Below, piece by piece: positions 9,925 to 20,534 of a stretch of DNA of 64,000 nt. Source of the DNA: an uncultured Planctomycetota bacterium (GTDB taxonomy: Bacteria; Planctomycetota; Planctomycetia; Isosphaerales; Isosphaeraceae); assembly GCA_963845755.1 (NCBI GenBank), contig CAWJTV010000034.1:384001-448000 (forward strand), given 5' to 3'. Every line of letters starts with the position of its first letter. Position 1 is the stretch's first letter. The position numbers and the translations under genes are program-made. A model generated the notes under the pieces. It was not told the origin of the DNA and did no database searches. It saw nothing but the letters and a program-made list of their open reading frames with translations.

Positions 9925-10875
9925 TCACTGACGTCCGGCTTCCGCCCCGAGTGCATGAAGATGGACCTCGACGCATCCCGCGAGGATGGGGATGTTGTAG
10001 CCTCCTTCGAGCACGCTGACAATTCGCCCGGCGGAATGGGTTTCCGCAACGGCGACGATCGCCTTCGTGAGTGCCGCGAAGTCCTCGAAATCCAGCCCGA
10101 GGTCTCCGACGGGATCTTCGGCATGTGCGTCGAAGCCCGCGCTGATGAGCACCAGGTCCGGGCGGACCTTGTCGGCAAGAGTCTCCAGGCCCGCCCGGAA
10201 CGCGGCGTGATACTCGCCGCGAGGCGTGCCATAAGTCACGGGGATGTTCCGCGTCGAGCCGAGTCCATCGCCGGTCCCGGTTTCCGTCTTCGCTCCCGTC
10301 CCGGGATAGAAGGGGTGGCGGTGGATGGAGAGGAAGCCGACGCGCGACGTCTCGTAGAAAATCTCCTGTGTACCGTTGCCGTGATGGACGTCAAAGTCAA
10401 CGATCAGCACTCGGTTCAAATCGAACCGCGCCAGCGCGTCCTCCGCCGCGATCGCGACATTGCCATAGATGCAGAATCCCATCCCGGCCGCGGGCCTTGC
10501 GTGGTGGCCCGGGGGACGAACCAGGCAGAGGGCACGACGTCCCGGAGCCGCCATGACGAACGAGACGGCTTCGACCGCGGCCCCCGCGGCCAGCCGGGCC
10601 GCCAGGCCCGACCCGGGCCGCAGCCAGGTGTCGGGGTCCAGCATCCCGCCGCCCCCGGATTCGAGCTCCTTGACTTCCTCGAGGTAGCTGCCCTTGTGGA
10701 CGCGCGACAGCTCCTCGTGCGTGACCTCGCGGACCAGGCCGCTGGGGCAGGTCTTGAGATATCCCGTTCGCTCGAGCTGCCGCAGAATCGCCTGGAGCCG
10801 CTCGGGGCGTTCCGGGTGATGAGCCGGGACGCGATGTTCGATCATGCGCCGATCCGTGAAGACCGAGATGGTCAT
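9925..10875 (-). CDS. Histone deacetylase family (Zn-dependent lysine/polyamine deacetylase)
   Basis: HPERPERL, RPPGHHA, GFC, DFDVHHGNGTQ, SAGFDAH, LEGGY; RBS GAGGAGGAG before ATG 10875. Confidence 0.93.
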   Translation of the reverse strand: MTISVFTDRRMIEHRVPAHHPERPERLQAILRQLERTGYLKTCPSGLVREVTHEELSRVHKGSYLEEVKELESGGGGMLDPDTWLRPGSGLAARLAAGAAVEAVSFVMAAPGRRALCLVRPPGHHARPAAGMGFCIYGNVAIAAEDALARFDLNRVLIVDFDVHHGNGTQEIFYETSRVGFLSIHRHPFYPGTGAKTETGTGDGLGSTRNIPVTYGTPRGEYHAAFRAGLETLADKVRPDLVLISAGFDAHAEDPVGDLGLDFEDFAALTKAIVAVAETHSAGRIVSVLEGGYNIPILAGCVEVHLHALGAEAGRQ

Positions 10876-10999
10876 GGCTCCTCCTCGGGATCCGACGAAC
10901 GGGAGTGTCTCTTGGTGATCGTGATCGCGATCGCTCCCCGGATCATACCAGATCGGGATTGTACCGAGGCAACGGGGCGGGCCGCCGTTTCCGTTCTGA

Positions 11000-11015
11000 G
11001 GTTCCACGTGAAACC
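11000..11015. promoter_or_regulatory. parS-like centromere site
   Basis: GGTTCCACGTGAAACC in a divergent intergenic region. Confidence 0.8.
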
Positions 11016-11086
11016 GGTTTGAGGGCAGGGGGGTGGAATCGAGGCGGATTTACCGGAGGCCGCTCAGCCCGTTAGAATCGAACCGC

Positions 11087-12821
11087 ATGAGCGGAATCTC
11101 CTGGCGACGTGATCCCGGCCTCGCGCGCGAACTCTGGGTCGTGGTGGCGTTGACCCTGGTCGGGGGTACGCTCCGACTCTGGTCGCTGGGCCGGCTCGGA
11201 CTGGTCCATTTCGACGAGGGGATCTATGCGCTCGCCGGCTTGTGGGTATTCTCGCCGAGCGGCTTGCTGGGACTCGATCCGACGACGATCCCGTACGCAC
11301 CGCCCGGCTTCCCATTCCTCGTCGGTTGGGCCTACATGTTCCTGGGCATTGGCGACACGCCGGCGATCCTCGTCTCGATCGCGGCAGGGACGCTGACGAT
11401 CCCCGCGGTCGGCTGGGTGGCCTGTCGGACGTTCGGCCGCGGGGCAGGGGCCGCGACCGCAGCCTACGCTGCATTCTCCGGGCCGCATATCGCGTTCTCG
11501 CGCATGGCGCTCACCGACGCCACGTTCTTGCTGACCTGGGTGCTGGCGATCGGGGCGGGGCAGCGCTTCCTGGAGCGGCCCGGTTTCTCGAGAGCGGTGA
11601 TGCTGGGACTGTCGGTCGGCGTCGCGCAGCTCTTCAAGTACAACGGATGGATCGGAGGCGTCCTCGTCGCGATCAGTGCGGTGGTCTGCTTGCTGTCCCA
11701 TCCCGATGCGCGGAGCCCCGAAGACATTGCTCGCCATCTGGGGATGGGGACTCCTGGCCGCACTGGTGGCTGCGATCGTCTACTGGCCCTGGTACCGATT
11801 CGTGGACTCGCACGGGGGCTATGCCTCGTTGCTGGCACACCACCGGGGCTACGTGGACGGGATTTCCTCCTGGCTCGGTCATCTCCACATCCAACTCTCA
11901 CAAGCGAGGGCCCTTGCCGCGGGAGTTGCGTGGGACCTCCTCGCCGGCCTTGTGGCGGCCGTGGGGGCGTGGGGGGCGACACGGGACCGATTCCAGGAAC
12001 TTGGGCGGCTGCGTCGGACCTTGCTTCCCGTCGGGTTCCTCGTGGTGATCGGTGCAACCGAATTGCTCGGCCTGGCCCTGGTCATCCTTCTGGTGTGGAC
12101 GACCGCACTCGACTCCAAGAGATTGACGACCTCGATGGTCCATCTGTTGGCTGGCTGGCTCGTCCTCTTTCTCATGACGCCGCTCTATCATCCCTATGCT
12201 CGTCTCTGGCTGCCGGTCGAGGCATTCGGTTGGCTATTCATGGGGGGCGGGTTTGCGGTGATCCTGAGGAGATTCAACGCCGTCGAACCTGGGACCGGTC
12301 GAGGCGGAATCCTCCCGACGCCCCGGGATCCGATCGTCGCTCTCGGAGTGATTTGCTTGTTCGTCTTCTTCTTCGGGATTGGCCGGGACATCATGTCGCC
12401 GGCGCACACAGTCTCGACCATGCTCGGTCCATCCGACTCCCTACGGCAAGCCTGCCGAATCCTCTCACGCGACCTCCCCGAGGATGCCAGGGCCCTACGT
12501 CTCTATGTTCGTCCACCGGTCACGTTCTACCTTGCGGGTCGGATTCCCGTGTATCCTCAGCCCGACCTGGAGCATCTGCTCGCAACGGGGAATCCAAGAT
12601 CCTGGGCCCTACTCGACATGGCGATGATCCGTCAACAGCGCGGAGGACGAGAGCGTCTTGCCGGCCTGATCGACCGCTGGACCGTGGTCCGCGAGGTCGC
12701 GACCACGCTCAACCTGCCCACCTTGCTGGACATCGAACCGTCGGCAGCTATGAATGGGGCAGGGGACCTGTCGGCTCCGCTGCTGCTCCTGAGACCGAAA
12801 CCATCCGAGATAAGCCCATGA
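11087..12821 (+). CDS. GT-C fold membrane glycosyltransferase (ArnT/PMT-like, GT39); frameshift near 11715
   Basis: LRLWSLG...HFDEGIY, SRMALTD, QLFKYNG and many TM helices; continues in ORF 11676..12821; ATGA overlap with pncB. Confidence 0.8.
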
Positions 12822-14173
12822 ATCCGGAACCACCCGTCTCGCTCTGGCCCAATCCCGATGCGCTTGGGCCGGTCACCGACCTGTACGAGCTGACGATGAT
12901 CGTCGGGTATTTCGCATCGGGGATGGCGAATCGGATCGCGTCGTTCGAGCTGTTCGTGCGGAAGATGCCGGCAAACCGCGCCTACATGGTGTTTGCCGGT
13001 CTCGAGCAGGCGATCGGCGACGTGCTCCGGTTGGCCTTCGCGTCCGACCAGGTCGAGGCGATCCGGCATTGGCCGGTCTTCGCGGGGATCGATCCGGCGA
13101 TCATGGACTCACTCGCGGGACTTCGGTTCGAAGGAGACGTCTGGGCCGTCCCCGAGGGGACCGTGGTTTTCCCGGGGGAGACCCTGCTGCGGGTCACGGC
13201 CCCGCTGCCCCAGGCGCAATGGCTCGAGACGTATCTGGTTGCGGCGCTGGCCTATCCGACCTTGGTCGCATCGAAGGCGGCTCGGACCGTCATGGCGGCC
13301 GGGGGCCGGCCTCTTTACGAGTTCGGAGCGCGCCGCGGGCACGGCCCTCATGCCGGGTTCCTCGCGGCACGAGCCGCCTACCTTGCCGGCTTCGCGGGGA
13401 CCAGCCACGTCGAGGCCGCTCGGCTGCTGGGAATTCCCGCGTCGGGGACGATGGCCCACTCGTGGGTCCAGGCCTTCGCCAGCGAGCCCGAAGCGTTCCA
13501 GGCGTTCGCGCAGGTCTTCGGGGCATCCACCACTCTCCTCGTCGACACTTACGACACGATCGAGGGCGTCCGGCGATGCCGCGGCCGTCGAGGCGACCCA
13601 TCCAGGCCGTCCGGATCGACAGTGGTGACCTCGACGACCTGTCGCGGCGGTCGCGCACGATCCTCGATGATCGCGGACGGGCCGGCGTGAAGATCATGGC
13701 CTCCGGCGACCTCGACGAATACCGGATCGCCCGGCTGGTCGAAGCGGGTCGCGCCGATCGACGGTTTCGGCGTCGGTACCGAGTTGATCACGTCTCGCGA
13801 CGCCCCGGCTTTGGGGATGGTGTACAAGCTGGTCGAGCTGGACGGCGAGGGCAAGTTCAAGCTCAGCCCGGGCAAGAAGACCTATCCCATGGCCAAGCAG
13901 GTCTTCCGCCGTCGAGACGCGGCAGGGCAGTTCGTCGGCGACCACGTCACGCGCGCCGATGAATCGGCCGAAGGTGAGCCGCTCCTGGTCCCGATCATCC
14001 AGGCCGGACGTCTGGCGAGACCGTTCCCTTCGCTGGAGACCATCCGCGAGCGTTGCCGGCAGCAGCTCGCCGCCTTGCCGGACCGTCTGATCCGTCTCGA
14101 CTCCACCCCCGATTACCCGATCACGTATAGCGAGACTCTCGAAGCCGATGCTCGACGCCTGATGAGCCGATAA
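12818..14173 (+). CDS. pncB: Nicotinate phosphoribosyltransferase (frameshifts near 13575-13600 and 13750)
   Basis: TDLYELTM, EFGARRG, GTMAHSWV, LVDTYDT, VRIDSGDL, ASGDLDE, VYKLVE and KLSPGKKTYP spread over three frames. Confidence 0.9.
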
Positions 14174-14383
14174 AGAGAGAGCGAACTGAACTTTACACCC
14201 CTCGTCGCGGCCGATACGATCCCGTGCGTTCTGCGGAGTCAAGGGCTCCTGCGCGATTGCGGCGTGTCTTCAGTTCCACGATCGCTCCCCGGCCGGTCCT
14301 GAAGGACCTGGTCTGGCTGACCGACGCCGCCCGGGCCACGGACGTCTGGGCTCACGCGGAACCTGTCATGGAGGTCAACGACC

Positions 14384-15286
14384 GTGAATCGACGTCGTCT
14401 AGGACGCGGCCTGGAAGCCTTGCTGGGGCGTGAGGAAGGGGGATTCGAACCCGGATCGTTCGAGACGGCCGAGCAGCTTCAGGTCGCCGTCGATCTGATC
14501 GATCCCAATCCGTTTCAACCCCGCCGGCAGTTCAACCCGGAGGAAATTGCTTCGCTGGCCGGCTCGCTCCGGCAGCATGGGATGCTCCAGCCGATCCTGG
14601 TCCGGGCCGTCGGCACGCGCTACCAGCTCATCGCCGGCGAACGTCGGCTTCGCGCCAGCATCGAGGCCCACCTCCAGGACATCCCCGCTCGCGTCCTCGA
14701 CCTCGACGATCAACGCGTTTTCGAGATCGCGATGGTCGAGAACCTCCAGCGCGAGGATCTCAACGCGATCGACAAGGCCGCCGCATTCCGCGATTACCTC
14801 GCGCGCTACGGCGGAACTCAGGAAGAGCTGGCGGGCCGGCTGGGCCTCGATCGTTCGACGGTCTCCAACCTGATCCGCCTCCTCGAGCTTCCCGACGAGG
14901 TCCTTCAGGCGGTCCGTTCCAATCAGATCAGTCAGGGACACGCCCGCGCACTGCTGGGGCTCGACGACCCCGAGGCCCGCGTGATCGCCTGCCGTCGCAT
15001 CGTGGCCGACCATCTCTCGGTTCGCCAGACGGAGGCCCTCGTCGCGACCGGTGTCCCCACGCCCAGTCGCCCCAGGGTCCGCAAGGATCCCGCTCATCCT
15101 CCCGATGCCAAGTCCCCCCATATCCTCGATCTCGAGCAGGTCCTTCACCGCCGACTCGGGACCACCGTGATGATCCGAGCCAAGACGCCGGAACGCGGTC
15201 AGATTATCATCGACTACCATTCCCGTGAGGAGTTCGATCGCCTGACCGGCCTGTTTCAGACTCACCCCGAGTCCGATTCCGAATGA
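14384..15286 (+). CDS. parB: Chromosome partitioning protein ParB/Spo0J
   Basis: LGRGLEALL N-terminus, NPFQPRRQF, LIAGERRLRA, ENLQREDLN, HTH TQEELAGRLGLDRSTVSNLIRLL, GHARALL. Confidence 0.95.
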   Translation: MNRRRLGRGLEALLGREEGGFEPGSFETAEQLQVAVDLIDPNPFQPRRQFNPEEIASLAGSLRQHGMLQPILVRAVGTRYQLIAGERRLRASIEAHLQDIPARVLDLDDQRVFEIAMVENLQREDLNAIDKAAAFRDYLARYGGTQEELAGRLGLDRSTVSNLIRLLELPDEVLQAVRSNQISQGHARALLGLDDPEARVIACRRIVADHLSVRQTEALVATGVPTPSRPRVRKDPAHPPDAKSPHILDLEQVLHRRLGTTVMIRAKTPERGQIIIDYHSREEFDRLTGLFQTHPESDSE

Positions 15287-15300
15287 TGACCCGACAGGCT

Positions 15301-15356
15301 TAAAAAACGAGCGGGGACGGGCTCCGAGTTTTCGAGGCGCCTGTCCTCGTTTTATT
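15301..15356. repeat. Palindromic GGGGAC...GTCCCC repeat family, copy 1 (possible terminator after parB)
   Basis: GGGGACGGGCTCCGAGTTTTCGAGGCGCCTGTCCTC closely resembles the copy at 32741-32806. Confidence 0.65.
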
Positions 15357-15618
15357 AGGGGCTCTCCATCCTCGAGCGTTCTTTGACAGGTGGTATCCGC
15401 GAACGACCCCCAACATAATTGAAATTGGCGCCCGTCCTGGCCCCGTTACCCACAGGATTACCAAGGTAGCTTCCCATTTCGTCCTCGGGCGCAGTGGTTT
15501 TGGAGAATTCGGATTCACGGTACCGAACCGGAACCGAACGGAGACGCTTCAATTCCTCCCACCTACCTCGGGAGGTCCGAAGTGGTTGCGCCATTCCGCC
15601 ACCCAGGGCTCGAGCGCG

Positions 15619-15634
15619 CGGCATCGGGTTTGCT
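15619..15634 (+). promoter_or_regulatory. Possible sigma-54 (-24/-12) promoter
   Basis: CGGCATCGGGTTTGCT has exact GG-N10-GC spacing with TTGC. Confidence 0.4.
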
Positions 15635-15679
15635 TAACAGGGTTCCTCTCCAAATGAAAGAATTCCGAGACGCGCAGCC

Positions 15680-16459
15680 ATGCCAGTTGGTTTGAATCTT
15701 AGGCGAAGTCCGCCAAAGCAACCGAGTGTAAGACCTCATGAGTCGGCGACTGCCGCCGAGCCGACGCTCCTTGCCCATTCGATACCCCCTGTGATGACCG
15801 ATCCGGAAAAGCTCCACGAACTTCGGCGATTGTTGAGTGGATTCAGTCATCGTTGCCGAAATTCGCTTAACGGCATGAAGATGAGCCTGTACCTCTTCCG
15901 TCGCGAGGCCAGGGAGAGGATTCCCTCGTGCTGGGGCGACCTGGAACGGAAATACCAGCAGATCGAGGTGTTGTTCGACCATCTTCAGGCGCTCTACCGA
16001 CCCATGACATTGACCATGGTTCGTTCCTCCCTCGGCCTGCTCATCTCGGACCGTGCACCGAAATGGCAATCGTCATTGCAGGGCACGGAGCGAACGCTCC
16101 ATCTTGATCCACCGGCTCAAGAGGATGTCGGCGATTTCGATCCGATTCAACTCGGGATCGGCCTGGATGCTCTAGCGTCCTGGAGGGCGGAGTCCACGGA
16201 AAGGGGGACGCATACGCGGGTCGGATGGAGGATTCACGACGGATCCTTTGAAGTGTCCTGGAAAGAGCAATCGAAGGTCCTTCCGTGCACTTCATTCTTC
16301 GCCATCGGCCCAGGCTCTAACCCAACCCCACCGCCGCATTCCGTGGTCTTGCCTCTTCTTGCGCGGATTCTCCAGGCCCATGGAGGGCAACTCGAATCGC
16401 CCGACGAGTCGGCACTCTGCCTGAAGTTCCGCTGGCCGCAGTTCCACACCGTCTCGTGA
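15680..16459 (+). CDS. Degenerate histidine-kinase-like protein (H-box kept, ATPase motifs lost)
   Basis: H-box-like FSHRCRNSLNGMK; C-terminal LLARILQAHGGQL; no N-box Asn or DxGxG/GxGL; start could be 15793. Confidence 0.65.
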   Translation: MPVGLNLRRSPPKQPSVRPHESATAAEPTLLAHSIPPVMTDPEKLHELRRLLSGFSHRCRNSLNGMKMSLYLFRREARERIPSCWGDLERKYQQIEVLFDHLQALYRPMTLTMVRSSLGLLISDRAPKWQSSLQGTERTLHLDPPAQEDVGDFDPIQLGIGLDALASWRAESTERGTHTRVGWRIHDGSFEVSWKEQSKVLPCTSFFAIGPGSNPTPPPHSVVLPLLARILQAHGGQLESPDESALCLKFRWPQFHTVS

Positions 16460-16784
16460 GCGATCATCGCGGTCCTGGCCACCGAGCCGGGTGAAACCGA
16501 GCCGGCAGACCCGTGCTGCCATCGCGATCGAGAGGCGTCTCCGGCCAAACTTCGCCAGGCACAAAAACCATCAACACTTGATTGTTCAATCACTCCGAAC
16601 CTCGCTTGACGCCGACGCCTGATGCGGCTTAACATGCCTTGGTACAGTCCCGCGGAGACTTGAAATCGACTCTGGGATGGCGAACCTCCCGCGAGCTGGC
16701 GGCGGAAAATGGCTCGGAAGGAGCCGCGATCGTGGCCAGGGTTTCGCGTCATGACTCTGCGACGGTGTACGGAACGAGACTACG

Positions 16785-16859
16785 CGGGGCGTAGCGCAGC
16801 CTGGTTAGCGCGCCTGCCTTGGGAGCAGGAGGTCACCAGTTCGAATCTGGTCGCCCCGA
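16785..16859 (+). tRNA. tRNA-Pro (anticodon TGG)
   Basis: CGGGGCGTAGCGCAGCCTGG...CCTGC-CTTGGGA-GCAGG...AGTTCGAATCT...GCCCCGA. Confidence 0.96.
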
Positions 16860-16910
16860 TCGCGGTTGTCCTTGGGGTAAGCCGCACCACGAGTTTCAGG
16901 GCGTAATGCC

Positions 16911-17612
16911 GTGCCAGCAGACAACGATTCCGCCAAGGGGCGAGCCGCCCGGGTCGGGGCAAGCCTGGTCGAAGACGGCATGACCGTCGGGCTCGGGTCG
17001 GGTTCGACGGCGGTACTGATGGTTCGACACCTCGCGGATCGAATCCAGAACGAGGAATTGAGCATCATCGGGGTCCCCTCCAGTGGATCGACGGCCGAGC
17101 TGGCGCGAAGCCTCGGGATCCCGCTGCGCGACCTCGACGAGGTCGGGGCGCTGGACATCAATCTCGACGGTGCTGACGAGATCGATCCGCAGTTCCGGAT
17201 GATCAAGGGCAGGGGGGGTGCCTTGCTGCGCGAGAAGATCGTGGTCGCGGCATCCGCCCGTCGTGTCACGATGATCGCGGACGAGAAGCGCGTCGCACAA
17301 CTCGGTCAATCCGCACCGATTCCCGTGGAAGTGAGCGTGTTCGGGATGAAGCACACCGAGCGCCTGTTGCAGCGACTCGGCGCCTCGACTTCGATCCGAC
17401 GGGGCGGAGACGGCACCCTCATCCTCACGGACGGGGGAAACGTCATCGTGGACTGCCGGTTTCCGGCCATCGCCGATCCGAGCTTGCTGGACACGCAGCT
17501 CCAGAGTCTGGCGGGCGTCCTCGAGACCGGCCTCTTCATCGGACTGTGCGATCTCCTGATCGTCGGCTCGAGCGCGGGTGTGGAACAGCTCACGTCGCCA
17601 GACGGGTCTTGA
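16911..17612 (+). CDS. rpiA: Ribose-5-phosphate isomerase A
   Basis: GLGSGST, DGADEID, KGRGGALLREKIV, TDGGNVIVD, GVLETGLF. Confidence 0.96.
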   Translation: MPADNDSAKGRAARVGASLVEDGMTVGLGSGSTAVLMVRHLADRIQNEELSIIGVPSSGSTAELARSLGIPLRDLDEVGALDINLDGADEIDPQFRMIKGRGGALLREKIVVAASARRVTMIADEKRVAQLGQSAPIPVEVSVFGMKHTERLLQRLGASTSIRRGGDGTLILTDGGNVIVDCRFPAIADPSLLDTQLQSLAGVLETGLFIGLCDLLIVGSSAGVEQLTSPDGS

Positions 17613-18279
17613 GCTCGTCCAGGATCTCGGCGGTTCGCGAGGCACCGATTCGATCGCAGCCCACCTCGGCGCACGCGATCATCGACGGCAGGTCGCGCAC
17701 ACCGCCGGCCGCCTTCAACTTGACGTGCGGCGGCGAAGATTGCCGCATCAGGCGAAGGTCATCCAGCGTGGCGCCTCCCGTCCCGTAGCCTGTGGAGGTC
17801 TTCACATAGTCGGCGCCAACCTCCCCGCAGATCCGGCAGAGCCGTATCTTCTGTTCGTCGTTCAAATAACAGTTCTCGAAGATGACTTTCACGAGCGACC
17901 CGCCCTCGTGGGCAGCCCGCGTGACGGCCTCGATATCGGAAGCGACGGCATCCCACTCGCCGGCAAGCGCCTGTCCGATATTGATGACCATATCCAGCTC
18001 CGTCGCCCCATCGGCCATGGCCTGACGCACCTCGAGGACTTTCACCGCCGAGGCATGACCACCATGTGGGAAGCCCACGGTCGTGCCCACCGCGACCCCG
18101 GAACCTTTCAAGAGCCGGGCTGCGAGGGCGACCGCATACGGCTTGATGCAGACACTGGCCACACCGTATCGGGCGGCCAGCCGGCATCCCTCTTCGAGTT
18201 CGGATCCGCCGAGGGTCGGTCCGAGCAGCGAGTGATCGATTCGCCCAGCAATGGCGTCGTAGGTCAGGATGAAGCTCAT
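17590..18279 (-). CDS. deoC: Deoxyribose-phosphate aldolase
   Basis: IDHSLL, VGFPHG, ELDMVINIG, VKVIFE, YVKTSTG, KAAGGVR, RIGAS. Confidence 0.96.
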   Translation of the reverse strand: MSFILTYDAIAGRIDHSLLGPTLGGSELEEGCRLAARYGVASVCIKPYAVALAARLLKGSGVAVGTTVGFPHGGHASAVKVLEVRQAMADGATELDMVINIGQALAGEWDAVASDIEAVTRAAHEGGSLVKVIFENCYLNDEQKIRLCRICGEVGADYVKTSTGYGTGGATLDDLRLMRQSSPPHVKLKAAGGVRDLPSMIACAEVGCDRIGASRTAEILDELKTRLAT

Positions 18280-18438
18280 GATCGGGAGGGTCCCCTGGTA
18301 CGTTCGGGCCGAGTAGATCCGAGAATCCCCGACTCGATTCTGACCTCCGAGACCGCTGGCGGCAAGTGGGCGGCTCTCGTCGAGACCCGGCGGGTTTCGA
18401 TTCCCAACGGGGCCGGAACCGACAGGGGCTGGGCGCGT

Positions 18439-19719
18439 TCAGGACGAGGGTGAGAGCGAGGGACGGTCGGCGCGGCGACGGAGTGCGGGAGTGGGGGGTC
18501 GGCGCGAACTCAGGGTCGGGCGGAACATCATCGTGATGGCCAGCGGGAGATAGAGCATGACCAGGGCGCCCCCCTTGTCGAGATACCAGAACTGGCTGGC
18601 GGCCAACAGGGCCGCGGACAGGGCGATCAGCTCGGCGAGCCCCTTTCCTGCGCACGCGATCATCGACCAGATCACCAGGGCCAGGTAGGCGATCAGCACG
18701 GGGAGCCGGAAGCTCGAATCCATGCTCACCCAGAAACTCGCCGAGGACGGCGGCTCGGTCTGGGGCCACAGACCGACTTCCGTGATGCTCCGCGCGCCCA
18801 GGGCCCGTGCCCAGTCTCGCAGGACAGGTACCGAGTGTCCCAGGAGCGCACAGCCCGACACGACGGCGGTCGCCACCACGAGGAACCGCAGGGCGCCTCG
18901 TCCCCGGAAGAACCCCAACCAGAGGGCGACCAGTCCCAGGCAGGCCGGTATCCAGCCGGCCGCCAGACCGATCAGGACCGCCGCCACCGTGGGGCGAAGA
19001 TGCCAGAACACGGCTCCCACGATCATCGCCGCGGCGATGAGCTGGCCACTGTCGACCAGGGCCATCCGCGTGTACGGCAGCAGCAGATAACACGCGGCCA
19101 TCGCCATGCCCGTGATCGGCCGTTCGAAATGTCGCCATCCGATCGCGATCAGCCCGACCACCAGGCCCAGGTGCGCCAGGCTGGCCAGCACGCGCTGGAC
19201 GATCACCTGCGGCTGCTGGTTCTTCAACGACGGGGGCAGGGGGGTGTTCTCAATCACCTGTTTCATGGTCGCACTGGCCTTGCCCGGTGTGAGCGGCGGC
19301 CGATGATTCTCGCGACCGGAGGGCTCCGCCGGATTCCGCGCCGCCCCCTCCTCGACCGGCAGGCTGACGGTCTCGGACAGCATCAACCCCAGCAGGCCGA
19401 CCGACAGGCACAGCAGCCCCGAAGCGTTCAGATTCGGCTCCAGGAGCGGGCGACGGGACAATCCCAGGTCGAGCACGCAGCGGAAGAACCACAGGCCCGT
19501 CCCGAGGAACAGCCAGATATACGCGGCCCATGGGGGCTGTTGCGACTTGCCCACGAGCAGCAGCATCCCCGGCACCAGTGCGAACAACAACAGCAGATCC
19601 AGGTTCCGCACGCTCCAGAAGCGGCTGAACTTGAAAAACACGGTGACGCACGCCAGCAGCGTGAGGAACAGCCAGACCTCGAGGCTCAAGTCCAAAGCAG
19701 TGACTAACGAACCGTCCAC
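18439..19719 (-). CDS. Polytopic membrane protein of unknown function (possibly GT-C-like)
   Basis: About ten hydrophobic segments; co-oriented between rnc and deoC. Confidence 0.7.
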   Translation of the reverse strand: MDGSLVTALDLSLEVWLFLTLLACVTVFFKFSRFWSVRNLDLLLLFALVPGMLLLVGKSQQPPWAAYIWLFLGTGLWFFRCVLDLGLSRRPLLEPNLNASGLLCLSVGLLGLMLSETVSLPVEEGAARNPAEPSGRENHRPPLTPGKASATMKQVIENTPLPPSLKNQQPQVIVQRVLASLAHLGLVVGLIAIGWRHFERPITGMAMAACYLLLPYTRMALVDSGQLIAAAMIVGAVFWHLRPTVAAVLIGLAAGWIPACLGLVALWLGFFRGRGALRFLVVATAVVSGCALLGHSVPVLRDWARALGARSITEVGLWPQTEPPSSASFWVSMDSSFRLPVLIAYLALVIWSMIACAGKGLAELIALSAALLAASQFWYLDKGGALVMLYLPLAITMMFRPTLSSRRPPTPALRRRADRPSLSPSS

Positions 19720-19734
19720 GGCAGCCTCGTGAGA

Positions 19735-20460
19735 TCAATCCGACTCGTAGGGGAGGGGTTCCCCACCGAGCTGACACAACGCGTTGAGTGCCGCGCACTG
19801 CTCGGCTTCCTTCTTGTTGCGCCCCCAGGCCGGGGCGTAGCACCTCGTCCCGATCCGCGCCGAGATCTTGAAGCACTTCGAATGATCCGGGCCCTTCTCG
19901 TCCAGCAACTGGTAGCCCGGCGTCTCGCCGAACTCGCGCTGGGCGACCTGCTGTAATTGACTCTTGTGATTCAATCCGCCCTGGCCTTCCACGGCGGCGT
20001 CGATCTCGGGCCCGAACTGCCGGACGATGAATCGCCTCGCGGCCTCGATCCCGCCGTCGAGATAGACCGCCCCGATCAGGCTCTCGAGGACATCGCCCAT
20101 CATCGACGACGGCGTCTGATCGTGCGAACCCATCCCCTTGCCGATGATCAAGAAATCATCGATCCCCAGCTCCTGTGAGATCTTGGCGCAGGTCTTCCGC
20201 GAGACCACGATCGACTTGATCCGCGTCAGTTCCCCTTCCAGGTAGTCGGGAAACCTCTGAAAGAGCATATCGCAGACGATCGCCCCGAGGATCGCATCGC
20301 CGAGGAACTCGAGCCGCTCGTTCGACACCAGCCGGTGATTGGCACCCGAGGCATGGGTCAGCGCTTCGCGCAGGAGATCCAGTTCACGGAAGCCATGCCC
20401 GATGATCTCCTGGCATTCGGCCAGCAGCTCGGTGTCGTCGCTGTGAGTCATCCGCGGCAT
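19735..20460 (-). CDS. rnc: Ribonuclease III
   Basis: ALTHAS, NERLEFLGDAIL, DVLESLIGAVYLD, C-terminal dsRBD (GRNKKEAEQCAA). Confidence 0.97.
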   Translation of the reverse strand: MPRMTHSDDTELLAECQEIIGHGFRELDLLREALTHASGANHRLVSNERLEFLGDAILGAIVCDMLFQRFPDYLEGELTRIKSIVVSRKTCAKISQELGIDDFLIIGKGMGSHDQTPSSMMGDVLESLIGAVYLDGGIEAARRFIVRQFGPEIDAAVEGQGGLNHKSQLQQVAQREFGETPGYQLLDEKGPDHSKCFKISARIGTRCYAPAWGRNKKEAEQCAALNALCQLGGEPLPYESD

Positions 20461-20505
20461 GATCGCACCCAGAAGCCACCCAAGGAGTTGCGTTGCGGAA
20501 CTGAT

Positions 20506-20534
20506 AGACTATAAGTCCCTCCCGGCCTTGTCAA
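20506..20534 (-). promoter_or_regulatory. Sigma-70-like promoter of rnc
   Basis: TTGACA-N17-TAGTCT on the minus strand. Confidence 0.55.

Noticed and set aside
11033..13690. 885-aa glycosyltransferase-PncB fusion in the ORF track
   Set aside because: Artefact of the frameshift near 11715; the two genes have their own ATGA stop/start overlap at 12818-12821
15446..15454. TTACCCACA as a DnaA box after parB
   Set aside because: Single one-mismatch copy, expected by chance
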